Shown here: piece after piece, positions 48,435 to 57,894 of the stretch
How positions within the stretch are numbered: the stretch's first letter is position 1
Layout of the letters: every line of letters begins with the position of its first letter
NCBI GenBank assembly: GCA_963662315.1
Contig: OY759353.1
Span: 3,520,001 to 3,584,000, forward strand
Origin: Geopsychrobacteraceae bacterium
GTDB lineage: Bacteria; Desulfobacterota; Desulfuromonadia; Desulfuromonadales; Geopsychrobacteraceae
Direction of reading: 5' to 3'
DNA length: 64,000 nucleotides
Program-made: the position numbers and the translations under genes
The notes under the pieces: generated by a model
What the model saw: the letters and a program-made list of their open reading frames with translations, nothing else
Database searches by the model: none
What the model was told of the DNA's origin: nothing

Positions 48435-49208
48435 CTAGTTAATTTGGCCCATCAGATTCGCCCACAACATGCCCAGTTCTTCGTGCAGCCAGTATTCACT
48501 GTTAGCCAGACTTTGGGCTGACGGAAAGGTCAGCCAGCGTTGCTGTGGTTTAGTGAAGTGTCCGGTCGGAGCCGGGATTGGCTGCAGACCAGCGTGGTTA
48601 AACAAGCCAAGCGCTCTGGGCATATGGACGGCGGTTGTCACCAGGACCAGTTTTTGTTCTGGGAATTTCTCAGCAATCAGCTGAGCTTCTTCAAAGGTGT
48701 CCTGAGGTCCTGTTAAGGTCACAATATCAGTTTCAGGAACCCCAAGATCCATCGCCAGCTGTTTCAGCTTTTCCGGGTAAGAGGCACTGTCTGCCGGGAT
48801 TCCTGCGTAGCCGGTAAAAATTAGTTTACTTCCCGGATTAAGACGGTAGATGCGAATTCCTTCCGCCAGCCTGACAATGCCAATGTCATCAATCTGACTG
48901 GTGAGGGGAAGGTTATCGTCAGACTGATGCCAGCTGCCCAGGACCACGATACCATCGACGGGTTGTTCCGATTGTTGATAGGTCGGAATGGTCATTTCGT
49001 ATTCGGCCATGAACGGGCGATTTAGGGGGGGGTAGCTGGTGAAAGTCAACAATGCTGTTGCCAGGGCGACAATTAGGATACCCAACCAACGCGTCTTGCG
49101 GCGCAGCAACAAGAGCAGTGCCCACACCAGTAGCAGTAATGACAAGGGGATTGGCATGACCAGCGTGCCAAGGAATTTTTTAAGCAGGAACAGGTAGTGA
49201 TCGATCAT
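48435..49208 (-). CDS. elyC: envelope biogenesis factor ElyC (DUF218)
   Basis: LKK.LGTL.MP, IVVLG, RLAEGIR, DTFEEA and LVT.A.HMPRA motifs. Confidence 0.85.
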   Translation of the reverse strand: MIDHYLFLLKKFLGTLVMPIPLSLLLLVWALLLLLRRKTRWLGILIVALATALLTFTSYPPLNRPFMAEYEMTIPTYQQSEQPVDGIVVLGSWHQSDDNLPLTSQIDDIGIVRLAEGIRIYRLNPGSKLIFTGYAGIPADSASYPEKLKQLAMDLGVPETDIVTLTGPQDTFEEAQLIAEKFPEQKLVLVTTAVHMPRALGLFNHAGLQPIPAPTGHFTKPQQRWLTFPSAQSLANSEYWLHEELGMLWANLMGQIN

Positions 49209-49308
49209 CGTTCACCTAAAGTGTTCAGGAAAGAGGGAATATGCTGAACCCTAGCGCAGACGTGAAAATAGATCAAGTAAGTTGTTGATTAGATAAAGAT
49301 TTTATTCT

Positions 49309-49983
49309 TTAGATCAGATTCTTTTGAGCGTAATGGCAAAGGCTTTGGCATGGACAATCCGAGCACTTAGGTAGTTTTTTACACACATCCTTGCAGTGAA
49401 TTACGATCAGCGCATGGTACTCATTGTAGAGCTGAACGTCGCCGGGCAGATTGGCCATGAACAGATTACGTGCCTGTTCATAGGTTTCATTACCGCCGAG
49501 AATGCCCAGGCGCTGAAAAACGCGATTGGTATAAGCATCGATAACAAAGGAGAGGTGGTCTCCGGCATAAAGCAGAATCGAATCGGCGGTTTCCGGACCG
49601 ATACCTTTGAGGGAGAGTAATTCCTGGCGTAATGGAGCGATCTTTTGCTGCAACATGGTAGACAACTGCCCCTGGTGGCGATGTTCGAGATGCTGGCAGA
49701 AGCGCTTTAACCGCTCAGCTTTCTGGCGAAAGAAACCCGCTGGCCTGATCAGTTGCTCAAGGTCGCTCTGTTCAAGAGACAGGATGGCCTGGCACGAAAG
49801 GACTCTGGCTTGTTTCAGATTGGCAATGGCTTGTTCGACATTCCTCCAGTTGGTGTTCTGGGTCAGAAACGCTCCGAGAACGACTTCAAACGGCGAATCG
49901 GCCGGCCACCAGTTCTGGGGACCGTAGTGATGGTGCAGAGTGGTATAAATATCTGTCAATGTCAGATTGTGATGTGCTGTCAT
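49309..49983 (-). CDS. HhH-GPD endonuclease III-like protein
   Basis: WWPADSPFEV..GA.LTQNT.W, LKGIGPETADSI, HALIV and the C-terminal Cys cluster. Confidence 0.9.
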   Translation of the reverse strand: MTAHHNLTLTDIYTTLHHHYGPQNWWPADSPFEVVLGAFLTQNTNWRNVEQAIANLKQARVLSCQAILSLEQSDLEQLIRPAGFFRQKAERLKRFCQHLEHRHQGQLSTMLQQKIAPLRQELLSLKGIGPETADSILLYAGDHLSFVIDAYTNRVFQRLGILGGNETYEQARNLFMANLPGDVQLYNEYHALIVIHCKDVCKKLPKCSDCPCQSLCHYAQKNLI

Positions 49984-50120
49984 ATCTCCAGGTTGCTTTG
50001 GCGGCATTTCGGGAATTCAGATTTTAATCAGACTTCATGTACATACTGCCAGTTTCCAGAAAAAATTTCAGCTCTACAATGACCAGTTCTTTTATGATGA
50101 ATTCCGTTGCGGGGGATGGT

Positions 50121-51083
50121 GTGGATAAAAATACAACAGCAGCTGGGCAAAGTTTTACAAAGCAGATTTTATTACTGGTTCTTTTGATCATTTGGGGTGC
50201 TGGAACGGCCTTCTGCCAACAGGAAGTTCCTGCACTTAGAGAACGGGTGACAGACACGGCCTCTCTTTTAAGTAAGACAACCACAAACCAACTTGAGGAA
50301 AAACTGAAAAACTATGAGGCGCATACCGGTAATCAGATCGCGGTATTGATCATTGATGGTCTTGAAGGGGAGACCATCGAATCTTATGCCCTTGAGGTTT
50401 TTAATTCCTGGTGTTTGGGAAGAGCAGGTGAGGACAATGGTGTTTTACTGGTGGTTGCGGTGCGCGACCGGAGGGTGCGCATCGAAGTAGGCTATGGTTT
50501 AGAAGGAACCTTGACCGATTTACTCGCCGGGAGAATTATTGATCAGATCATAGTCCCGCAATTTAAAGAAGGGCATTTCGATCAAGGGATCGCTCAGGGG
50601 GTTGACAGCATTATGGCAATTCTGGGCGGGGATCAGCAGGCGCAGAAGCATTTGAAGGTTTCTTCCCGGCGAGCTGATCGAAACACTTCTCCAGATTTTG
50701 TTGACTATGTCTTTTGCACTTCAATGGTCATACTGGTTATTGCGTTTACCAGTATTGGCGTTGTTTTTTTGCGTGGCGCAGGGTGTTTGTTTGTTGTCAG
50801 TGCGTTTATTCTGGTAATTGTCGGTAACCTGTTGTCTGGGGAATGGGTGGGTGCCATTATGGTTGTCGTCTATATGGTAATTATTGCTGGGGCGCAAAGG
50901 TATGTTCAACGCTACCCATGGTACCGGGAACACCTGGCCGTTTATCAGAAGCGCAAACGAGAGAAAGCCAGACTTGGAGGGCGAGGTTCTTCCTCTCGTT
51001 CTTCTGGTGGAGGTAGGTCTGGGGGTGGTTTTTCCGGTGGTGGAGGTAGCTCGGGTGGCGGTGGTGCCTCTGGAAGTTGGTGA
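50121..51083 (+). CDS. TPM-domain (YgcG-like) membrane protein; start uncertain (50037-50121)
   Basis: VTD.A.LL, DNGVLL and RIEVGYGLEG motifs; TM helices; Gly-rich tail GGGASGSW. Confidence 0.88.
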   Translation: MDKNTTAAGQSFTKQILLLVLLIIWGAGTAFCQQEVPALRERVTDTASLLSKTTTNQLEEKLKNYEAHTGNQIAVLIIDGLEGETIESYALEVFNSWCLGRAGEDNGVLLVVAVRDRRVRIEVGYGLEGTLTDLLAGRIIDQIIVPQFKEGHFDQGIAQGVDSIMAILGGDQQAQKHLKVSSRRADRNTSPDFVDYVFCTSMVILVIAFTSIGVVFLRGAGCLFVVSAFILVIVGNLLSGEWVGAIMVVVYMVIIAGAQRYVQRYPWYREHLAVYQKRKREKARLGGRGSSSRSSGGGRSGGGFSGGGGSSGGGGASGSW

Positions 51084-51136
51084 TTAGCTGCATTATGCAG
51101 CTGGTTTTCTAACAGTTATGACGCAGCGGTATTTGT

Positions 51137-51835
51137 CTAGGCTGCGACTTCTGGTAAAAAGGAGATATCAACAACGTAAGTTTTCGGATTGTTGCGATCA
51201 ATAAACACCGTCAGGCTCTCTTTGTTGATGTAGGCTGTCGGATCAAACCAGATGTTGTTGCTATTAAAAACATGAATTTTACCTGTTGCCGGATTCTGCC
51301 ACTGACATACCACGCGGTATGGATGACGGCTGTTGACTGAATATCTCTCGTTCAGTTCCACATGGCAAAATTTTGCATCAACCGGTTTCCCCGTGGCTTT
51401 CAGGCGTTCATTACGGCGTTTTTCCCGAGCTTGCAGAAAAGGTAACCCCGCTCCGATAAAGAAGAAAACACTCCCTATAGATCCCATAATAATGGCGCCC
51501 AGCCAGAGGGATAAAAAGCTATTAATCCGGGCATCATCAATATTGTCTGGCCGATAAAGAACGTCAACGCTCTCCCCAACATCATAGGTGGGTGGGGTAC
51601 TGCCGGGAGAAGACATCACCTGCACGTGTTGACCGTCTGTGGTGACAAACTCAACAACCGGATAATAGGTGTCTGAATCGCCAGAGCGACGACGGACATT
51701 TTCCACAACTCGCCCTTCCGTCAGTTGCGCTTTGGCAGTGAAATAGAGGGTGTTTGTGGCAATGAAACAGGCGCCGATCAGCATGCTGGCACCAACCAGG
51801 GCGAATAATGCGTAGACCACCATGACTGCTTTCAT
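51137..51835 (-). CDS. DUF3592-like membrane protein
   Basis: TM-GRVV...YYPVVEF...GESVDVLY-TM architecture. Confidence 0.75.
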   Translation of the reverse strand: MKAVMVVYALFALVGASMLIGACFIATNTLYFTAKAQLTEGRVVENVRRRSGDSDTYYPVVEFVTTDGQHVQVMSSPGSTPPTYDVGESVDVLYRPDNIDDARINSFLSLWLGAIIMGSIGSVFFFIGAGLPFLQAREKRRNERLKATGKPVDAKFCHVELNERYSVNSRHPYRVVCQWQNPATGKIHVFNSNNIWFDPTAYINKESLTVFIDRNNPKTYVVDISFLPEVAA

Positions 51836-52084
51836 TTTCCTTCAGAGTGTTATTGAGGCGTAGGAGTCATTGCTTTTGCTGCTCTGGGTTGGTTGTGGGC
51901 GGTATGTTTTACTGGCGGTGGAGCGATCGGCGATTTTCAACACCGGATATGAATCATCTGACACTGGAGCCCCCTCCGTCGATGGTTTAATGAGAACTTG
52001 AAGTTGCTATACTAAAGACTCCCATGAAAAAATCAAGAGATAGAAATTCCTTTCCGGTGACCATTCCTCTATAATCGCCCCCCT

Positions 52085-54613
52085 ATGCTTGAATTATTTT
52101 CTTCCGACTGTATCGACCAGATCCGCTATGCTATTAAACAGGCTGACGGTAATGAGGTCTTTGTGCTTGGCCAGACCGATGCTAACCGCCGTATTGTCCA
52201 GGTGGAGATCCTGGCCCGGGGGAGCGAGAATGCCGTTCCTGCCATCCTGCAGACCTGTGGATATGGGGATATCGTTATCCACAACCACCCTTCGGGAGTC
52301 CTGAAACCGTCCTCAGCAGATATCGAAGTTGCTTCACATTTCGGTACTTTAGGTGTTGGCTTCTACATTGTGAACAACTCTGTGGATAAGGTGTACAGGG
52401 TTGTGGAAGCTTTTGCCGAGAAGCTTGCCGAGCACATTGATCCGGAACAGGTTGCTGGCCTTCTTGGACCCCAGGGGCAGATTGCTGACAAATTGCCCGA
52501 CTATGAGGAACGCCCCGAGCAACTGCGTATGGCCTTTGCCGTTGCCAATGCGTTTAACAACAATCAGTTGGCGGTTGTTGAAGCCGGGACCGGTACCGGG
52601 AAGAGTCTGGCCTACCTGGTTCCTGCCCTGCTGTGGGCCAAGGCCAACCAGGAACGGGTGGTGGTGTCGACCCGCACCATCAATCTGCAGGAACAATTGA
52701 TCCGTAAAGATCTGCCCTTTCTGGAGCGTGCCACCAACCTTGAATTTTATGCCGTATTGGTTAAAGGGCGCAGCAATTACTATTGCCTGCGGCGAGGTGA
52801 AACCGCCGGCCGTGAGCTGGGTCTGTTCGATCAGGATCTGGTTGCCGAGTTGCAGCAGATTATTGCCTGGGCCGAAACGACTGCGGATGGCTCACGTGAA
52901 GATCTGTCCTTTATTCCCAATTATCAGGTCTGGGAAGAGGTCTGTTGTGAGGCCGATCAGTGTGCCCGGGTGCGTTGCCCCCATTACAGCAAGTGCTTTT
53001 TCCACAAGGCAAGGCGCCAGGCGGCTCGAGCTGATATTCTGGTGGTCAATCACGCGCTGTTACTGTCCGATTTATCGCTGCGGCAGCAAACCGACAATTA
53101 TTCAGCGACCGCTGTTTTACCACCCTTTGAACGGATTATCCTGGACGAGGCCCACCATCTGGAAGATGTGGCAACCAGCTACTTTTCTTCACAAATAACG
53201 CGCTTCACTTTTGCGCGTATGCTGCATCGTTTGCGTCATCCGCGTAAGCCGAACCAGGGTTTGCTGCCCCGTTTCCTGGACCAGTTGTCGCGCGAATTGC
53301 CGCAGACCGAAGATGAACTGTATCGTGCTATTCATGGCGATATCGAAAGTTTGCTGGTTAAGCGTCAACAACTGCTGGAAAGTGCCCTTGATCAGTTGCA
53401 GTTGATCGCTGAAGAGCTTCCTGCCGCTCTCGGTAAAAAGGTCAGTGAAAAATACGAGCTGAAGCACAGGATTCTGCCAAACTTCCTGGAAACGCCGCTT
53501 TGGCGACAGATCTATGAGCGGGTTGAGACCTTGCGCACGGGTTGCTGTGAGCTGGCTAATGGAGTCAGCGGTATATTACGCCGTTGCGAGGCGTTACCTG
53601 ATCAGGTGGCTGAACGGATGAACGCGGTGATGGTCGATCTGCGCGGCATCGGCACTCGTCTGGATGGATTGGCGGCGGAATTAGGTTCATTTCAGTCCGC
53701 CGCGGAAACCAGTTGCATCTGGATCGAAGTCCGTGAAGGGCGGGTTGGCCGCGCCAAAGGGTTGATTACGTCCTTGTGTCAGGCTCCTCTCGAGGTTGCT
53801 GAAAGCCTCAACAAGGCCCTTTACCAGCGATTCCGAACGCTGGTGATGACCAGTGCAACCCTGACGGTTGCCGGAGCGTTCGGATATTTCCATTCCAGGG
53901 TCGGACTCGACCGGGTTGAGCAGCAGCGTTTGCAGGAACTGGCTCTGGCGTCTCCTTTTGATTATCAGAAACAGGCCCTGGTGGCGATTCCAGCAGATCT
54001 TCCAGAGCCTGGTCGCCCCGGTTTTGCCGAAGCAGTACGCGATGCCGTTGAAAAAGCGGTGCGTTGCAGTCATGGGCGTAGTTTTGTGTTGTTTACCGCT
54101 TACAGCCTGTTACGTCAGGTTCATGATGAACTGGCCCCGGTTCTTGGTGCCCAGGGGATGCGCTGCCTGCGTCAGGGGCAAGAAAACCGTCATCGTTTAC
54201 TGAAGCGTTTTGCCGAAGATGAAGCCAGTATCCTGTTCGGAACCGACTCCTTCTGGGAGGGGGTTGATGTGCCCGGTCGTTCGTTGGAGCAGGTGATTAT
54301 TTCACGGCTGCCGTTTAAAGTGCCGACCGAACCGGTGCTGGAAGCGCGAGCTCAGGCGATTGAGCAGCGTGGCGGCGATCCGTTTATGGAGTATACTGTT
54401 CCGCAGGCGGTGATTCGCTTTAAACAGGGGTTCGGGCGGCTGATACGTCATCGCAATGATCGCGGTGTGGTGCTGATTCTTGATACCCGGGTCATCCGTA
54501 AAGGCTACGGGCGCATGTTCCTGCGCTCATTGCCGGAGGCCGCCATGGTGCAGGGAGACAGCTCCACGGTTTTCAAACAGATTCAGCAGTTTTTTCACCA
54601 GGAGTCATCCTGA
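52085..54613 (+). CDS. DinG-family helicase with an N-terminal JAB/MPN domain
   Basis: IHNHPSG...SSAD, EAGTGTGKS, Fe-S Cys residues, DEAHH, SFWEGVD and QGFGRLIR motifs. Confidence 0.9.
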   Translation: MLELFSSDCIDQIRYAIKQADGNEVFVLGQTDANRRIVQVEILARGSENAVPAILQTCGYGDIVIHNHPSGVLKPSSADIEVASHFGTLGVGFYIVNNSVDKVYRVVEAFAEKLAEHIDPEQVAGLLGPQGQIADKLPDYEERPEQLRMAFAVANAFNNNQLAVVEAGTGTGKSLAYLVPALLWAKANQERVVVSTRTINLQEQLIRKDLPFLERATNLEFYAVLVKGRSNYYCLRRGETAGRELGLFDQDLVAELQQIIAWAETTADGSREDLSFIPNYQVWEEVCCEADQCARVRCPHYSKCFFHKARRQAARADILVVNHALLLSDLSLRQQTDNYSATAVLPPFERIILDEAHHLEDVATSYFSSQITRFTFARMLHRLRHPRKPNQGLLPRFLDQLSRELPQTEDELYRAIHGDIESLLVKRQQLLESALDQLQLIAEELPAALGKKVSEKYELKHRILPNFLETPLWRQIYERVETLRTGCCELANGVSGILRRCEALPDQVAERMNAVMVDLRGIGTRLDGLAAELGSFQSAAETSCIWIEVREGRVGRAKGLITSLCQAPLEVAESLNKALYQRFRTLVMTSATLTVAGAFGYFHSRVGLDRVEQQRLQELALASPFDYQKQALVAIPADLPEPGRPGFAEAVRDAVEKAVRCSHGRSFVLFTAYSLLRQVHDELAPVLGAQGMRCLRQGQENRHRLLKRFAEDEASILFGTDSFWEGVDVPGRSLEQVIISRLPFKVPTEPVLEARAQAIEQRGGDPFMEYTVPQAVIRFKQGFGRLIRHRNDRGVVLILDTRVIRKGYGRMFLRSLPEAAMVQGDSSTVFKQIQQFFHQESS

Positions 54614-54627
54614 TCCGGAGGAGTGTC

Positions 54628-55236
54628 ATGGCAACGGTCATACAGTTTATTCTTCTGTTTCTGATTGTGATTCTATCTGGGTGTGAGCAAGGGGAGCAAC
54701 TGACCCCGTTACGTCCTGATGATACGATTCTCGCTTTTGGAGACAGCTTGACCGAAGGTGTCGGGACGCGTCCGGAGTTGAGTTATCCGGCTCAGCTGGC
54801 ACGCCTGATCGGACGCCCGGTGGTCAATGGTGGCAAAGCGGGTGAAGTGAGCGAGGCAGGGGCAAGGCGCCTGCCGGGTCTGCTGGATGAGGTAAAACCA
54901 CAGTTGGTGGTGCTGTGCCATGGTGGCAACGATATCCTGCAAAAACGCAGTCCTGAACAGCTCAAAGATAATTTGCGCCGCATGTATGAAGCGGCCAATC
55001 AGCGTGGTATTCAGGTGGTTATGATTGCCGTTCCGCAGCTGGGTATCCTCGCTCAGGACCTGGAGTTGTACGCTGACCTGGCCGCTGAACTCAAAATTCC
55101 CCTGTTACAGGAAACCCTGGCTGACCTGGTTTTTTCTCGCGACTTTAAAAGTGACATGGTGCACTTGAATGCCCAGGGATATCGTAAGCTGGCCGAAGCT
55201 GTTGCGGATTTACTGCTGCAATATCGAGCTATTTGA
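54628..55236 (+). CDS. GDSL/SGNH arylesterase lipoprotein
   Basis: Lipobox LSGC; FGDSLT, GGND and D.VH.N motifs. Confidence 0.9.
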   Translation: MATVIQFILLFLIVILSGCEQGEQLTPLRPDDTILAFGDSLTEGVGTRPELSYPAQLARLIGRPVVNGGKAGEVSEAGARRLPGLLDEVKPQLVVLCHGGNDILQKRSPEQLKDNLRRMYEAANQRGIQVVMIAVPQLGILAQDLELYADLAAELKIPLLQETLADLVFSRDFKSDMVHLNAQGYRKLAEAVADLLLQYRAI

Positions 55237-55316
55237 ATGACCTGAAGTTGTAACCCGCTGGTTAGCTCTTGCGTCAGAGAAAAGTCATAAACGTTCTTTA
55301 TACTGATAGATATTTC

Positions 55317-55353
55317 AGCGCTGCAGTAAAGTAATAAGCTGCAGCGCTTTTTT
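55317..55353 (+). terminator. intrinsic terminator
   Basis: AGCGCTGCAG/CTGCAGCGCT followed by a T-tract. Confidence 0.7.
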
Positions 55354-55417
55354 GTATTTCGCTGGTTTGATTGGCGAGGGGGACTATTATAAACGATAGT
55401 TTTAAGGGGGGGATGGA

Positions 55418-56101
55418 ATGAGAACGATTAAGGACTGGCCGGCAGAAGAACGGCCGCGCGAGAAGTTACTGCAATTGGGAGCAGACAAGTTGAGCGATGC
55501 GGAACTTCTGGCTCTGATTATTCGTACCGGGGCCGCCGCCGGTAAAGTCAGTGCGCTCGATCTGGCGCGTGCGCTACTGACCCGTTTTGGTTCTTTGCGC
55601 CAGCTGGCCGCAGCAAGTATTGCTGAACTGTGCCAGCAAGCGGGGATCGGGCCGGCGAAAGCTGCGGAAATACAGGCTCTGTTTCAGATTGCCCGGCGTT
55701 TCTCAGATCAGCGCTTGCAGCCGGGCCAACCCTACCGTTCTTCGCAGGATGCCTTCCTCCATTTTCATGAACGTCTGTGTGATTATCGCAAAGAGGTGTT
55801 TATCGCCTTGTTGCTCGATACCAAGAACCGGCTGATCCGCGAGGTGCAGATTTCGGAAGGGAGCTTAACAGCCAGTATCGTTCATCCCCGGGAAGTGTTT
55901 GCGCCGGTGCTCAAAGAGTCCGCTGCTGCAGTGCTATTTGTCCATAACCACCCCTCGGGAGATCCGACCCCAAGCCGTGAAGACATTGACATTACCAGCC
56001 GCTTGAAACAGGTTGGGGACGTTATGGGAATCAAAGTTTTGGACCATGTCATCATTGGCAAAGGGGAGTATGTCAGTCTTGCGGATCGGGGGCTATTGTA
56101 G
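55418..56101 (+). CDS. radC: RadC-family JAB protein
   Basis: ERPREKL, LSDAELLA, VHPREV, HNHPSGDPTPS.ED and LDHVII motifs. Confidence 0.95.
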   Translation: MRTIKDWPAEERPREKLLQLGADKLSDAELLALIIRTGAAAGKVSALDLARALLTRFGSLRQLAAASIAELCQQAGIGPAKAAEIQALFQIARRFSDQRLQPGQPYRSSQDAFLHFHERLCDYRKEVFIALLLDTKNRLIREVQISEGSLTASIVHPREVFAPVLKESAAAVLFVHNHPSGDPTPSREDIDITSRLKQVGDVMGIKVLDHVIIGKGEYVSLADRGLL

Positions 56102-56244
56102 TTTCTGGTTCGGAAACGGCCCTTTTTCACAATCTCTGCGTCAACCGACTCTTTTATTTGTGCGGCGTAAAGTACTACGCCTCCGCTCAAAAGCTTGGTT
56201 TCCTTGACCTTGTGGAAAATGGCTCGTTTCTAAATCAGAAGCTA
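56099..56244. mobile_element. MITE-like 146-bp palindromic element flanked by TA
   Basis: Imperfect terminal inverted repeats of about 35 bp (28/35 identical), TA at both ends, internal GGCGTA/TACGCC hairpin, no coding capacity. Confidence 0.6.
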
Positions 56245-56278
56245 CTTATGTATGAAATCGCGAAACAGGGTTGAGCGT

Positions 56279-57640
56279 TTACTCAATCCCGTAATCTTTC
56301 AGCTTGTACATCAGGGAGCGCAGGCTGATTTCCAGTAATGCTGCCGCCTGAGTCCGGTTGCCTTCGGTTTTGACCAGGGCCTTGCGGATATAATCCTCTT
56401 CAAGCCGTCGGGATGCGACTTTAAGGGAATAATCATCCGGGTTCATCTGCGTGGGGTTAGTCGCGCGAAGCCTTAATGGTGGGAGCTCCAGGGTCTCACC
56501 ATGACTGAAAATCAGGGCTTTCTCTAAATAGTTTTCCAATTCCCGTACATTGCCGGGCCAGCTGTAACGGGTCAGAGTGTAGCGCGATTCGTCTGTGATG
56601 TGCGGTATGGATCGGTTTTCCCTTTGACAGATTTTCTTCAGAAAGTAATCGGTCAGCAACAGAATATCATCAGGGCGTTCGCGCAGGGGTGGCAGGTTGA
56701 TGTCGACGACGGCTAACCGGTAGTAAAGGTCCTGGCGGAAGGTTTTGTTTTCCACCATCTGCAGCAGATTTGATCCGCAGGCGGCAATAACCCTGGTGTC
56801 GATCTGTTCTGAACGGGTTGCTCCGACTTTGCGGATTTCGCCTTCCTGTAATACACGTAATAGTTTTGGCTGCAGTTCCAGGGGCAGATCGGCGATTTCG
56901 TCAAGAAACAGGGTTCCGCCGTTGGCGATGGAGAACAGCCCCTGCTTGTCGCGGTCAGCTCCGGTGAATGAGCCCTTCACATGCCCAAACAGCTCACTTT
57001 CCAGCAGACCGGCGGTAATGGCACTGCAGTTAATCGCCAGAAATGGTCCGCCGCGACCACTTTCACTGTGCAGGGCTTTGGCAATCAGTTCTTTGCCGGT
57101 CCCCGTCTCGCCATTTATCAGCACTGCTGAATCTGCTTTTGCAGCGGCGTGAACCAGGGCCAGAACCTGCTGCATTGAGCGACTGCTGTGGACGATATCT
57201 TCGATAGAAAAATTCCGGTCCTGTTTTGAAAGAGCCTGCTTTAATTGTTTATTTTCACTTTTTAGCAGCTGGCGTTCTTCTGCTTTTCGCAGTGTCAGTA
57301 CCACTTCATCCGGCTTGAACGGTTTGGAAATATAATCGTAGGCTCCACGTTTGATGCATTCCAGAGCGGTATCAATGCTGCCATAGGCACTCATCATGAT
57401 GATGGTGCAATCGTGCGCCCGTACTTCGGGTTGGTCAAGGAAAGTCAGCCCATCCATATCTGGCATGCGGATGTCGGATAGAATCGCGTCAAATCTTTCT
57501 TTGTAGAGGAGTTGTATCGCTTGCGCGCCATTATTTGCTTCGGTGACTCGAAACTGATGCTGTTCCAGCACCAGACGCAGCATATGGCGCATTGATGCTT
57601 CATCATCGACAACAAGCAGATTACGGAATTGCCCAGACAT
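56279..57640 (-). CDS. sigma-54-dependent response regulator (REC-AAA+-HTH)
   Basis: GETGTGKE, ESELFGH.KGSFTGA, LFLDEI, WPGNVREL and a Fis-type HTH. Confidence 0.95.
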   Translation of the reverse strand: MSGQFRNLLVVDDEASMRHMLRLVLEQHQFRVTEANNGAQAIQLLYKERFDAILSDIRMPDMDGLTFLDQPEVRAHDCTIIMMSAYGSIDTALECIKRGAYDYISKPFKPDEVVLTLRKAEERQLLKSENKQLKQALSKQDRNFSIEDIVHSSRSMQQVLALVHAAAKADSAVLINGETGTGKELIAKALHSESGRGGPFLAINCSAITAGLLESELFGHVKGSFTGADRDKQGLFSIANGGTLFLDEIADLPLELQPKLLRVLQEGEIRKVGATRSEQIDTRVIAACGSNLLQMVENKTFRQDLYYRLAVVDINLPPLRERPDDILLLTDYFLKKICQRENRSIPHITDESRYTLTRYSWPGNVRELENYLEKALIFSHGETLELPPLRLRATNPTQMNPDDYSLKVASRRLEEDYIRKALVKTEGNRTQAAALLEISLRSLMYKLKDYGIE

Positions 57641-57894
57641 GTGATCCCCCCGGAACTGTTACTAAAAAAAAGGAACCGATCCTGAATGTGATGATAACCC
57701 ATTATCTCTTTTGAGTCGCGTTATTGTCGTCCTCAAAGATGGTGATTTCAAACAATAGAAAGTTACAGTTGATTTGACAATCATTATTTCTGAGTTATTT
57801 TTAATAACTCAGGGGTGTATTCATCAAGGTGCCATCAGGACGTTGCGTGACAAGGTGCATGTTCTTCGCATGGTCACGGTCACAAGGAGGGGGG

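Noticed and set aside
51855..51880. GCAATGACTCCTAC (minus strand) resembling the 3' end of a fluoride riboswitch
   Set aside because: The required 5' GGnGATGG..TTC.CC segment is absent.
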